Shown in pieces: positions 31,157 to 41,300 of a stretch of DNA of 64,000 nucleotides; position 1 is the first letter of the stretch; each line of letters begins with the position of its first letter. The notes below the pieces were generated by a model. It saw only the letters and a program-made list of their open reading frames with translations, was not told the origin of the DNA and did no database searches. This DNA is from an uncultured virus (IMG/VR IMGVR_UViG_3300035162_003174) (lineage: Duplodnaviria; Heunggongvirae; Uroviricota; Caudoviricetes). The stretch lies in IMG/VR virus record IMGVR_UViG_3300035162_003174. One strand, given 5' to 3'. The translations under genes and the position numbers were made by a program.

Positions 31157-32437
31157 TTAAAATAAATCGTTAGATGTTATCGATTTTGATTTCTTACTGT
31201 AGTTAATACTTCTTTTATTAAAGAAATCAGTATGTTTTGTGGTTAAAATTTCATCGTCAAACCATTCTGTGGTTTCCAATAATGTCTCGTTGATATCGAA
31301 AATACTATCTACACCAATAGAGTTTAAGGATACGTTAAATCTATTCTTAATAAACTCCATGGTTTGATTTTTAGTTAAAAAGTCAAGGTCCCCCTTTTCA
31401 AATATCCAATTAACTATATCTACCTCAGCCTCATACGCTTCTCTTGTAGATAGTACTAAATCTTCAACTAATTGTGGTGTCCACCAATTTGGGTTTTCTT
31501 TCTTAATTAAATTTATTAAATCAAAACCAAACTCAGCATGTATGTTCTCTTCTTTAGATGTTGCCTCAACGGCATTACTAATACCTTTTAATTTGTTTTT
31601 ATGTTTATTAAATGACATAATAACTAAAAATTGTGAAAATAGCGACACGTTTTCAACAAACATTGAGAATAGTACAATAGATTCAAAATAGTCTTTATCG
31701 TCTACAGATTTAGAGTTTGAGAGCGCCTTTTCTAAATATTTAATTCTTCGTCTTACTTGTGGTACTTCTAATAGATTTTCAAATTCATTATTTAACCCTA
31801 ATAGTTGAATTAAGTGTGAGTAAGCATCCGCATGTCTAACTTCTGACTCTGCAAATGTTGCTCCAACATTACCAATCTCAGGTTTTGGCATTCTTTTATA
31901 AATGTCACCCCAAAATGACTTTACCGCGACTTCAATCTGTGAAATAGCTAACATTGCTCTTTCAACTGCAGATTTCTCTTTTTCATTTAAATGTACTTTA
32001 TAGTCTTGTATGTCAGACGTGTAGTTAAACTCAGTATGTACCCAATACGAATGTCTAATTGCGTCAACATACTCATTTAGATTTGGGTACTCATAAGGTT
32101 TAAGATTAATTCTTTTTGAAAAGATATTAGGTTGGTTTTTAGCTCGATAAATGATGTATTCTTTTGCAACATAATTTAATCCATTATCCATTAATTTATT
32201 TTCAACCATATCGTGAATTTCATCCACATTAGGTATATTATCTTTATTTCCTCTGAAAAGACTTTTAGTTGTTAGTCTGGCTATTTTTTCCGCCATTTCA
32301 GAATCAACTTCCCCAATACTTTTCATTGCGTTTAATATTGCAGTTTCAATCTTTTCAGATTTAAATACTACCTTATCACCACTTCTTTTTATTACGTAAC
32401 GAATGTCTTTATAGACACTATCAATTAGACTGCTCAT
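31157..32437 (-). CDS. nrdB: Ribonucleotide reductase beta subunit with N-terminal ATP-cone (class Id-like)
   Basis: ATP-cone VIKRSG...KIETAI...VDEIHDMVE...AKEYIIYR. Ferritin-like core motifs QIEVAVK, ESEVRHADAY, VENVSLFSQF, EENIH and DFF. Confidence 0.95.
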   Translation of the reverse strand: MSSLIDSVYKDIRYVIKRSGDKVVFKSEKIETAILNAMKSIGEVDSEMAEKIARLTTKSLFRGNKDNIPNVDEIHDMVENKLMDNGLNYVAKEYIIYRAKNQPNIFSKRINLKPYEYPNLNEYVDAIRHSYWVHTEFNYTSDIQDYKVHLNEKEKSAVERAMLAISQIEVAVKSFWGDIYKRMPKPEIGNVGATFAESEVRHADAYSHLIQLLGLNNEFENLLEVPQVRRRIKYLEKALSNSKSVDDKDYFESIVLFSMFVENVSLFSQFLVIMSFNKHKNKLKGISNAVEATSKEENIHAEFGFDLINLIKKENPNWWTPQLVEDLVLSTREAYEAEVDIVNWIFEKGDLDFLTKNQTMEFIKNRFNVSLNSIGVDSIFDINETLLETTEWFDDEILTTKHTDFFNKRSINYSKKSKSITSNDLF

Positions 32438-32460
32438 ATTGTTATTCTTTTTAAAAAAAT

Positions 32461-33840
32461 TTATATTTTACTTTCCCTTTGTTTTCTCTTTTGTAGTAGT
32501 TCTTGAATACGTACCTTGTTTTTCTCCTCTTTCTGTTCTTCCATACCTAAAAAGGTAACGCTTGAATCCGTATCAATCTCTATCATTTCGTTATCGAATT
32601 TACAATTTTCGAATACAATTCCATCTTTACCAATTCTTGATTTAGTAATTGCGATAGTTGCTAAATTCATTTCTTTCTGTTGTAGGGATTTTGCAATAGA
32701 AATAATAACGTGACCTACTTGAGCTTTTTTAATTGAACCCCCCATTTGGTCTGTGGTCACAACTTCAGAAGATATTGACGAACGGTTACCTTGAGTGGCA
32801 GTCCATCCCGCAATATCCAATTCATGACACATGGATTCAAATCCTCTCATAACTGAACCCTCACTTTTCCACTCATCCCCTAAATTTTTATCGGGAACAA
32901 TACAATCAATGTAGTCGACCACAACTAAGTCTAATTTAATTCCCTCAGCAATCATCTTACGCATTTGATTCTTTATCTGATTCATCGTTAATGTATCCGA
33001 AGGTAATTTTTTTAAAATAAGTCTGTTAGGTGCGTTTTCTTTAATCTGTCTAACTTTTTCCAAAACATCTTCTTTATATACTGACAAATTATCGGGTGCG
33101 ATTTTTGTCCACATAGTGAAGTGTTTTCTTTGTATAATTTTAGGGTTATCCTCAAAAAATATTTGTAAAACATTATAACCTAAGTTAAATGCATTATTTG
33201 CAATCTTACTAAGAACTGTGGTTTTACCTACACCTGTCGGCGCTAAAATAACACCAATTTCACCTTTTGCTAACCCACCTTTCAATAGGTTATCTATACC
33301 TGTTATTCCGAGAGGAATTGGGTGTCTGAAATCATCATCCAATACCTCATCTAAATTAAAGAAAACGTCTGCAGTTCCCGTATCAACTTCTCCCACCTGT
33401 AAAGCCTCTCTAACCATTTCCTCTAAATGGTCATAAGATTCAAAATCACCTTTATCGATAATTTTTTGAGCCTTAGTCATAACTTTCTGTAACTCTTGTT
33501 GTTTACAGAATTTTAAAGCTTTTTCTTGAACATATTGGTACCCATCTTCAGGTGCGTCAACTACCTGAGTTATCATATCTAAGACCATTTTTTGAGCCAT
33601 AGGTGATGAAACCTCAGATTTAGTTATTTGTTCAAGTGTTGAGAATGAAGGAGCGTGTTCGTATTTGTGATAATACTCCTTGGTCATCTGCATGATTAAC
33701 TTAAAATATTGATTGTCAAAATATTTTGGTTCGAGAACGTCTACAATTGAACTGGCAAAATCCTTATATAGGATAATATTATTAAGTATTTGTAACTGAA
33801 ATGTGTTTCCGAGGTACCCGAAATTTTTTTCTTTTGACAT
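32461..33840 (-). CDS. dnaB: Replicative DNA helicase (DnaB / T4 gp41-like)
   Basis: Walker A APTGVGKT, VVVDYID, ATQGNR and KSR motifs. Confidence 0.92.
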   Translation of the reverse strand: MSKEKNFGYLGNTFQLQILNNIILYKDFASSIVDVLEPKYFDNQYFKLIMQMTKEYYHKYEHAPSFSTLEQITKSEVSSPMAQKMVLDMITQVVDAPEDGYQYVQEKALKFCKQQELQKVMTKAQKIIDKGDFESYDHLEEMVREALQVGEVDTGTADVFFNLDEVLDDDFRHPIPLGITGIDNLLKGGLAKGEIGVILAPTGVGKTTVLSKIANNAFNLGYNVLQIFFEDNPKIIQRKHFTMWTKIAPDNLSVYKEDVLEKVRQIKENAPNRLILKKLPSDTLTMNQIKNQMRKMIAEGIKLDLVVVDYIDCIVPDKNLGDEWKSEGSVMRGFESMCHELDIAGWTATQGNRSSISSEVVTTDQMGGSIKKAQVGHVIISIAKSLQQKEMNLATIAITKSRIGKDGIVFENCKFDNEMIEIDTDSSVTFLGMEEQKEEKNKVRIQELLQKRKQRESKI

Positions 33841-33883
33841 ATTTTATTGCGTTTTAATCTTCTTTTGTAAATTATAAATATGG

Positions 33884-34336
33884 TTAAACTAGTTGATAAT
33901 CCATGTACTCGTATGTTAAATTTTCACTTGAAAAAGTGTCAGTTAACTCACGAAGTAACTTTTTTAGGTGTGGGCGTACGTCCACAGTGTATCTTGTCTT
34001 AGGTGGGTATAATTTAGCGTCCCATATTCTATGACAAATTGTCTCATCACCAATTTTAATATAAATATTAAAGTACTCGTCACCGTCAGTATTTGACGTG
34101 TCTAAAAGTTCAGGGTTAACCGCAATATGACTAGCATTTTCAGTTAAATAATTAGACGCTTTAGCCTTTAAGTCGTCTTGAATCACTTCTGAAGCGGTTT
34201 TTACTACTTCATAAAGCTCAACACTTCCCCTAGCTTTAGGATTGTACCCTTTAACATTAAAGTACCTCTGTACAACAAAGTTATCGTTTAGAGTCATTAA
34301 GAACTCTAATTTGGTTGTTTCTGTTTTTTCTTTCAT
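33884..34336 (-). CDS. Hypothetical protein in the replication operon
   Basis: 150-aa ORF between the exonuclease and the helicase, with an ATGA overlap. Confidence 0.6.
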   Translation of the reverse strand: MKEKTETTKLEFLMTLNDNFVVQRYFNVKGYNPKARGSVELYEVVKTASEVIQDDLKAKASNYLTENASHIAVNPELLDTSNTDGDEYFNIYIKIGDETICHRIWDAKLYPPKTRYTVDVRPHLKKLLRELTDTFSSENLTYEYMDYQLV

Positions 34337-35348
34337 CTTAAACGTTTTTTAGTTTTAAATCTTCTTTTTTCTTTTCTTGTTAATTTCATAAAAGGGGTTA
34401 AAAATTCAACCCATGCATTATCATGTTTTGGTAGATACTTAAAAATTCCATCACTCATCATCATTCTCATTAGATTTTTATAACCTCTACCATCTGGGTC
34501 TAAATTTTCTGTATGGTATTGTTCAATAATTACTTTTGAGTCTTCACTTAATAATGGTTGAGACAAATCTACGAGTTTTTTATTGATTATAAAAATTCTT
34601 CACCGTAAATTCCTCTTTTTGTTTTACCAGAGAGTAAATTTTGTAATGCTCGATTGTCTTTATCCGTTTTATGTAGTTCCTCTGCACGTATTATAATATC
34701 GTCAATAGTTACTACACTATCAACTATTTTGGGGAATAACTTAACAAATGTTTTTTCACCCATATATTGAATACCGTCAATATTATCAGATTTATCGCCT
34801 GATATAATTTTAAAAGTTGCTATGTTCTGATGTGGGATGGAGATATCCTTTAGAGGTACCAAATCTCCGTTTCTAAGGGTTATCTTCTTCATCGGTTGGT
34901 ACACTTCCACTTTGTCTGATATAAGTTGTGTGAGGTCCTTATCTGAAGAATATATAGTTTTATATTCATTTTCAGATATCTGACAGTAATACGCAATTAA
35001 GTCATCGCTCTCAGTATCTTTAACCGATACTTGCCTAATGAACATTTCTTCAAGATATGCTTTAACTTGTTGTACCTGCCATTCAAACGATTCTCTTTTT
35101 GCTTCGTTTAATGTCTGTTTACGATTACCCTTATATTCGGGTGAAATAAGTTTTCTTTGGGACGAGTTATTCTCCCCATCCCAAAACACAATCACTTTAT
35201 CGTGATTGTGTTCATTAAGAAACTTTTTGATTGTATTAACAAAATGGTATAAACCTCCAATATGTTTTCCCTCATGATAGAAATCTCTTACTCCATGAAA
35301 ACCTATTTTAAATAAATTATTTCCGTCAATTAATAATGTTTTAACCAC
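34333..35348 (-). CDS. 5'-3' exonuclease (T4 RNase H / PolI N-terminal-like), frameshifted at ~34591
   Basis: LLIDGNNL, YKGNR, ESDDLIA, SSDKDLTQL and GDKSDNIDGI motifs. One extra T in the T5 run joins ORFs 34587..35348 and 34333..34566 as ...GEEFFIINKKLVDLSQPLL. Confidence 0.85.
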
Positions 35349-35366
35349 TTTATTTGTGTTAAATTG

Positions 35367-36371
35367 TTACTGTTCTTTTTTTTCCTCTTCTAACTTAAAG
35401 TCACCTTCAACTCCGATAACTTCTTTCCAATACTCAGATTGTTCACCTTTGTATTTTTCAATTGATTTTTTTTCCTCAGTACTTTCTTTACCCGCCAAGA
35501 ATCCGTGAGGAGTTACAATTATTTTCCCATCAGCATACCCTAATCCGTTGATATGATTTTTCATTACCGATATTTTTGTTCTGGACGCGAACTTCACTTT
35601 TCTTTTGTTCTTAACTGCAGATATAGTGGTAGTACCCGCGTCTTTTTGATTACCAAATAAGAAAACTAAAGAAGAGTTTAACCAAATCGCTTCACCCCCT
35701 TTACTCTTTATCTTAGGTTGACCAAATGGATTATCAGGAAGTTGTACCCAAGGTTGATTAACGATTAATAAAGTGTTTTCATACTTAGAATCCGCTCTAC
35801 GCGAACCCGATATTCTTTGGTTGATACCCATACCTATTTTATCCGCTAACGTGGACGCATTATGCATTTTACCACCTTTACCATCAAAAGTCATTTTGCA
35901 TGGTACTGAACCTACGGAATCCCATAAGAACAATAAGTCGTAATCTAACTCACCCTTAGACTGAGCATCTAATAACTCATTAATAAAGTCAGTTATTTGT
36001 TCTATATAATTAAAATTATTATTAAAAATAAAAAACCCGTCCCAATCTAATTCACCCGTTTCTTCATCAACCACTTCATTACAATCAAAACCCATAAGTT
36101 TTGCGTGTTCAAAAGACCATTTTTGTTCCGTAATAATGAATACAGGTAATATACCTTTTTTCTGCGCGTCTACCGCGGCTTTTACTAACGCAGTTGTTTT
36201 ACCCGTATCTGAATGTCCTAAAAACATATTTAAATGACCTATTGCTGGTCCGGGTAATCCGACAGCATCTAAGAAATCCTCACCCAAATCAAAAAACCTT
36301 TGTGGTTTATATTTTGCAGATGTAGAAAATTTCTTTTTTATACTACTAAAATCTTTTTTCTTTATTGTCAT
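35367..36371 (-). CDS. recA: RecA/UvsX-like recombinase
   Basis: Walker A GHSDTGKTT, Walker B FLWDSVG, IVNQ, KGG and KNH motifs; it sits between the SSB and exonuclease genes. Confidence 0.85.
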   Translation of the reverse strand: MTIKKKDFSSIKKKFSTSAKYKPQRFFDLGEDFLDAVGLPGPAIGHLNMFLGHSDTGKTTALVKAAVDAQKKGILPVFIITEQKWSFEHAKLMGFDCNEVVDEETGELDWDGFFIFNNNFNYIEQITDFINELLDAQSKGELDYDLLFLWDSVGSVPCKMTFDGKGGKMHNASTLADKIGMGINQRISGSRRADSKYENTLLIVNQPWVQLPDNPFGQPKIKSKGGEAIWLNSSLVFLFGNQKDAGTTTISAVKNKRKVKFASRTKISVMKNHINGLGYADGKIIVTPHGFLAGKESTEEKKSIEKYKGEQSEYWKEVIGVEGDFKLEEEKKEQ

Positions 36372-36389
36372 ATTTTTTTAAGAATAATA

Positions 36390-36417
36390 ATGGTAACGAC
36401 ACGAATGTCGTTACCAT
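36390..36417 (-). terminator. 12-bp stem, UUCG-loop hairpin between ssb and recA (partial terminator or mRNA stabiliser)
   Basis: Minus strand ATGGTAACGACA-TTCG-TGTCGTTACCAT with only a weak U tract. Confidence 0.65.
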
Positions 36418-36443
36418 CAATTAATTAATTAATTAGTTTTTCT

Positions 36444-37304
36444 TTAAAACGGTAGATTTGTGTCTACACTTTCACTTGATTGTGGGTCAATGGTTTCTTC
36501 AGTCTTAGTCGGCTCATTAGAACCCCCTAATACCACTTCAGACGAATCGTCTCCATAAACGTACTTTTTTAAATCTGTATTCCAAACAGGTGTCTCACCT
36601 CTTGCAATAGCCTCTAAGTATTCTACGGGTTTCTGAGCGTACACGTCCTGCCATGTTGACCCATCAGTCATCCATTCTTTCATCTGAGCTTTGTCTTCAT
36701 GGATTACACAAGGGTCGTCATACATAACTGTTTGAACAACTGTGTACTCAATACCTTTAGGTGTTTTCGCCTTTGAAAGTTCGACCATTAGGTCACGACC
36801 TTCATCCGCATTTGTAATATCTCCCTTAGCTTTCCATATTGGAATAATCTTATCTAAAATACCTTCTTGTTTGTAGTTATCTTTGAATCTCCAAAATTTA
36901 GGTCCGTGGTCTTCGTTTTCTCTATCGATAAGTTTTACAATATAAAATTTACGTGGACGATATTGTCTAGCTAAATCTTTATCTGATTCTTTACCTGTTG
37001 AGATTAATTCTTCGTAAACCTCAGTAAGAGGTGAACGTTCTCCGTCATTTTTTCCTGGGTCATATAGTTTTGTCCATTTACCGTCAACCTGTACTTCATG
37101 GTACCACACTTCTTTAAAAGGGGATGAACCATCAGGTGTTGGTAAAATACGTACTCTTTTCTGACCTGATTTCGTACCTTTTGGTAGGTAAGTGGTGAAA
37201 TAACGTTTTAGTCTATCTTCTTGTGAGATAGATTGTTTTCCTGTGTTTGTTTTTGAAGTATTTTGCTCATACTGAGCCAATACTGCGTCTAATGCATTTG
37301 CCAT
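36444..37304 (-). CDS. Single-stranded DNA-binding protein, T4 gp32-like
   Basis: VRILP...PF..VWYH and DIT...GRDL motifs, with an acidic tail ending in LPF. Confidence 0.85.
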   Translation of the reverse strand: MANALDAVLAQYEQNTSKTNTGKQSISQEDRLKRYFTTYLPKGTKSGQKRVRILPTPDGSSPFKEVWYHEVQVDGKWTKLYDPGKNDGERSPLTEVYEELISTGKESDKDLARQYRPRKFYIVKLIDRENEDHGPKFWRFKDNYKQEGILDKIIPIWKAKGDITNADEGRDLMVELSKAKTPKGIEYTVVQTVMYDDPCVIHEDKAQMKEWMTDGSTWQDVYAQKPVEYLEAIARGETPVWNTDLKKYVYGDDSSEVVLGGSNEPTKTEETIDPQSSESVDTNLPF

Positions 37305-37352
37305 AGTTTTTCTGTTTTCTCTGTTTTTAAATTATTATCGTTTACTCAAGTA

Positions 37353-37382
37353 ATAATATAACAAAGAAACTCACTAAGTCAA
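37353..37382 (-). promoter_or_regulatory. Sigma70-like early/middle promoter of the replication operon
   Basis: TTGACT-N16-TATATT with an extended TGn, immediately after a terminator. The 12-bp core TTGTTATATTAT is shared with the SNF2 promoter. Confidence 0.6.
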
Positions 37383-37384
37383 AT

Positions 37385-37413
37385 AAAAAAAGACCATTAA
37401 TGAATGGTCTTTT
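37385..37413 (-). terminator. Intrinsic terminator separating structural genes from the replication operon
   Basis: Minus strand AAAAGACCATT-CATT-AATGGTCTTTT plus a T run. Confidence 0.85.
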
Positions 37414-37440
37414 AGTATTATTTATATTTGTGTTTGGGTT

Positions 37441-38061
37441 TTAATACTCTTCTTCAAATGGTGTATCAAATGATTTCCTAACATCACTATCGGTATAACT
37501 CTCCACTTCATCGGAAGTTAAAACATATTCATTTTTTCCCGTTTTTTCCATGTCAGGTCCTTTGTCCATAAAAAAGTCAGTTAACTTTTGATTGTAAGGG
37601 TAACTATCTAAACTCCTTAACGATAATTTTTCTTCAGGAGACTTTTGACGGTACTTCTCAACTTTATTTTCTAAGTCATTAATCTTAGTAATTATAGTGT
37701 CCATATCGGATAATTTAGAAGTTAAGTCGTTTAACCTATCCATCATACTATCCATGTACTCTTCTTGTTTAGTTGACATATCTTTTTGTGCCGTAACTAA
37801 ATCGGTAATATCTAATTCCTCAGTACCACTATCTTCTGAACTTACTGAATCAACTTCAGGTTCACCAACAACTTCAACATCGGGGTCAGACGCAACATCT
37901 ACTGGTTGTACGTCATCCATTTCAAGTTCATCACTATCTAAACTAATTTCTTCTTCACCACCGTCAATAGGTTCAGGTAAAGGTATTTCTTGTTCCGAAA
38001 TATAGTGGTTAATATTATTATATTTACGTATTTCTTCTAATATTTTTTTATCTACAGACAT
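37441..38061 (-). CDS. Acidic coiled-coil hypothetical protein (possible head-internal or scaffold-like)
   Basis: 206 aa, D/E-rich, with N-terminal ILEE..ISEQ and a central heptad region. Confidence 0.6.
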   Translation of the reverse strand: MSVDKKILEEIRKYNNINHYISEQEIPLPEPIDGGEEEISLDSDELEMDDVQPVDVASDPDVEVVGEPEVDSVSSEDSGTEELDITDLVTAQKDMSTKQEEYMDSMMDRLNDLTSKLSDMDTIITKINDLENKVEKYRQKSPEEKLSLRSLDSYPYNQKLTDFFMDKGPDMEKTGKNEYVLTSDEVESYTDSDVRKSFDTPFEEEY

Positions 38062-38073
38062 TTTGTTTTTTTT

Positions 38074-38298
38074 TTAACCGTTTAAAAGCGTCTTCACCCC
38101 TTCAGGTGTTTCAACTCTTAAAGTCCTATTTAATTTCATAGAATTATCAACTCGTTCTATAAGGCCATCTCTCATTCTTACGGTATAACAGTCCCCAGTG
38201 TCTAAATCACAAACTTCTTTGTAACCGTTACCTGTATTTTTTTCAGTAATTCTAGTGTCTTTTGACAAATACTGGTCTAATAATGTTTTAGTATCCAT
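38074..38298 (-). CDS. Small hypothetical protein
   Basis: 74 aa, preceded by a TATTTATA motif (38310-38317) and an A-rich leader. Confidence 0.65.
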   Translation of the reverse strand: MDTKTLLDQYLSKDTRITEKNTGNGYKEVCDLDTGDCYTVRMRDGLIERVDNSMKLNRTLRVETPEGVKTLLNG

Positions 38299-38342
38299 AA
38301 TCTTTTATTTATAAATATAAGCAAATTACTCTTTTTCTTAAA

Positions 38343-41300
38343 TTAACTGTTATCCCACACAATTATTTTACTTTTAAATTTCGCTTCGGCACTATCAAAA
38401 AGTTGTTTCGACTGGGAATTAGTTGTTAAATCGTGGTTTACTGATGCGATAATAGAATCATCAATATTACTACCGGCACTTAATTCTTTGTCAAAAGTTG
38501 TAAATCTAAAAGTGTAATACCATAAATAGGCATAAGTTTTAGAGATATTACCATTAATAGTTGAATTAGCTAAGAATGCGTCAATTATTTGACTATATTG
38601 TGAACATACTTTTTCCATAAATCTTACAGATTCATCTGCGGTTTTAAATGAAAGATAAGGTATTGCGTTGTTATTATCATCAACACAAGTTTGCTCCTCA
38701 AAATTAATGGTCCACGCGGCATTTTCCTTCATATTTTTTAGATTGAAGAGGTTATTGTTAACACTTCTAACCTCAGTATTAAACCCATTCTCAACATACC
38801 CAATACCAAAAATAAATTTCTTTACACTATCATCGAGGGTACCACTATTAATTATAGTTTTAAAATTGGATTGATTCAATTGGGTTTTTTCTAATTTAAC
38901 ATATGGTTTACTTATTTTTTGACATGCAACACATTTTTGGACATCACTTATTTCGGTCTTACTACCACTTTTAGTTGTACTATTTTTAATCGAGTTAGCT
39001 CTATTAACCGTATCCCCTGTTGAGCCAGCCAATGTTGGTATTCTCCTAACTTGAGAAAGATAGTTTTGTACAATTTCTCTATTTACGCTAGCAATTAACC
39101 CGTCAGGCATTTTTAACGAATATTTTGATATACGTACACCCTCAAAGCTAGTCACAAAATCTCTAGTTGTAATGTCATGCGTTACACTAGTTATTAAATA
39201 AGGACCATAAAACATTGGTACATATCTTAAATTAAAATACATTGTGGGTTGAATCATCACATTACCCATTGATGTGACATTACAATTATAACTGGCGCTT
39301 TTATAAAAATTATATAAACTAGCCGATTGTTGAGCCACTTTTTGACCGTCAGCCTGTGAACCCATATCTGCCAATATTTGGAATGTTGGGGCTATATTTT
39401 TTCTTTGAGCCATATCAATTGAAATTGACTTAAATATACTTTGATTTTGGATACCAAAATCTACATTAAACGCAACTACTTTGTTTCTATTTGAAAAATT
39501 AGTTACACCATCTTCCGATGCTCGAACGGGTGATTGTGAAGGTTTAGTTATATCAAACGAATCATCACCATATAAGTAATTCTGATTCTCAGGTGAAGTA
39601 TTTATAGTCTCAGAAACTTTACCAACATAAATAGCTAGTAATTTAGGTTCAGAAGTGTGAGTATCCACCTCTAAAAATGTTCCAAAGGTATTATTTGCGA
39701 TATCACTAAAAGATGGGTCAGGCATACCTTCTTTAACTCTTTCATTTCTACCATAGAAATTTGAATATGACGGTGTCGGCATAAAAATAAAGTTATTTTT
39801 TTCTAAAATGTGACCTATAAGAGATAAAACACTCGCACTACCATTAGAATTTTTTAAGAAATACCTTAACTCTTCAATATTAATAACTACATCATCACCT
39901 ATAGGTCTATTAGCTTTATCTAAAAATAAAAATTGTTCGAATAATGTTTTATTTTTAACTTCTTGACCCGATATCCACCTATCATTAAAGTTTTTAAATG
40001 TTGTCCATAATTCAGTCTTTAGTAGTCCGTCCTTATCGTCTAATTTAGATATTCTGACCTGAGCATTATTTACCTTTACCGATGGTAAAGTTTTATTTAA
40101 AGTAGTAAAAATCTGATTTAACATATTATTTTGATATGTAACCTGTTCAGACATAAACGAATCAAATGTTTGTTGGAAATCACTTTTAGTGAGGTTGTTA
40201 TTATCAAATTTTTCCGTCATAAATACTTTAATAATTTGTGACAAATCTCTTACATTTTCTTTAGTAAACTTAATATCCATTGTTGGAAAGAAGTCCGTAA
40301 TGTATGACCCATTATCTGAATACTTAATATTGTTTTCAGAGTAGTCACCCACTCTTAGATATAACTCACTCCATACCTCAGGAAAATTACCCTGACTACC
40401 TAACAACGTAGTCGCATTTGATGACGTAGGTACCGTACCTTCTACATAATAACTAAAATCTATGGGGTCAATAGGTACTATTTTTTCATTCTTTGAGAAT
40501 GAGTCAAAAACTCTTCTATTAAACCTACCTGGGTTACCAATCTTTAAAACGACATCTCTTTCAGTAATTTGTGTTTTATTTAAGTTAACAAAGTTTTCCA
40601 TTTGTTTTTCCGAAATACTCTTTGCATCGTCTTCTGAATCAGTACCTAAGTTAGGTTTATCAATAATCAATAGACTTTTCATCACCCTTTCGATGTTATT
40701 ATCATATTCAATATTAAATGACCCTAAATACTCGTCATCATTTTTAGCAGATGGATTAAAAACTATCTGATTGTAATCTTTTTCTTTTTTACAGAAGTTT
40801 AAGAAATGTCTTTCAAACTCATCTAACATTTCTTTAGAAAATATTGCAAAGATTTCTTCTATAGATTTATAGTCATCATCACTACTTGTATTAATTAAAT
40901 TAAATGCATTTTGTTGATTTTTATCATTATCAATAAGTTTGATATACTCTGTAGTCTTTGGCTTTTTAACCCATTGGTTATTAAAGTAACCGTTATTTGA
41001 GGCCGACCATAATGACCTAACATTCCCATTCTGAATAGACTTGTTATTAATATCAATATTTTGAGTTAATTTACCTTGTGCATTTAAACATTCTCTTTGT
41101 GCTTGTGTAAATTTTAAATACCCTGAAGACGGTATTATTAACATCTTATGGTTAGGTTCCGTTATACCCGAATTAGATGGTGCAGTTAGATTGAAATTAC
41201 TATTACTATAGTTATAGGTGGATGCGCTTGTCATTAAATCTACTGGTCTGCCCATATCAAAATCAAAACTTGTATTACCTTCAATATCAAAGTATTGGAA

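Noticed and set aside
29425..36371. Introns, inteins or homing endonucleases in nrdA, nrdB, dnaB or recA
   Set aside because: The genes have normal lengths with contiguous motifs, and no splicing signatures were seen.
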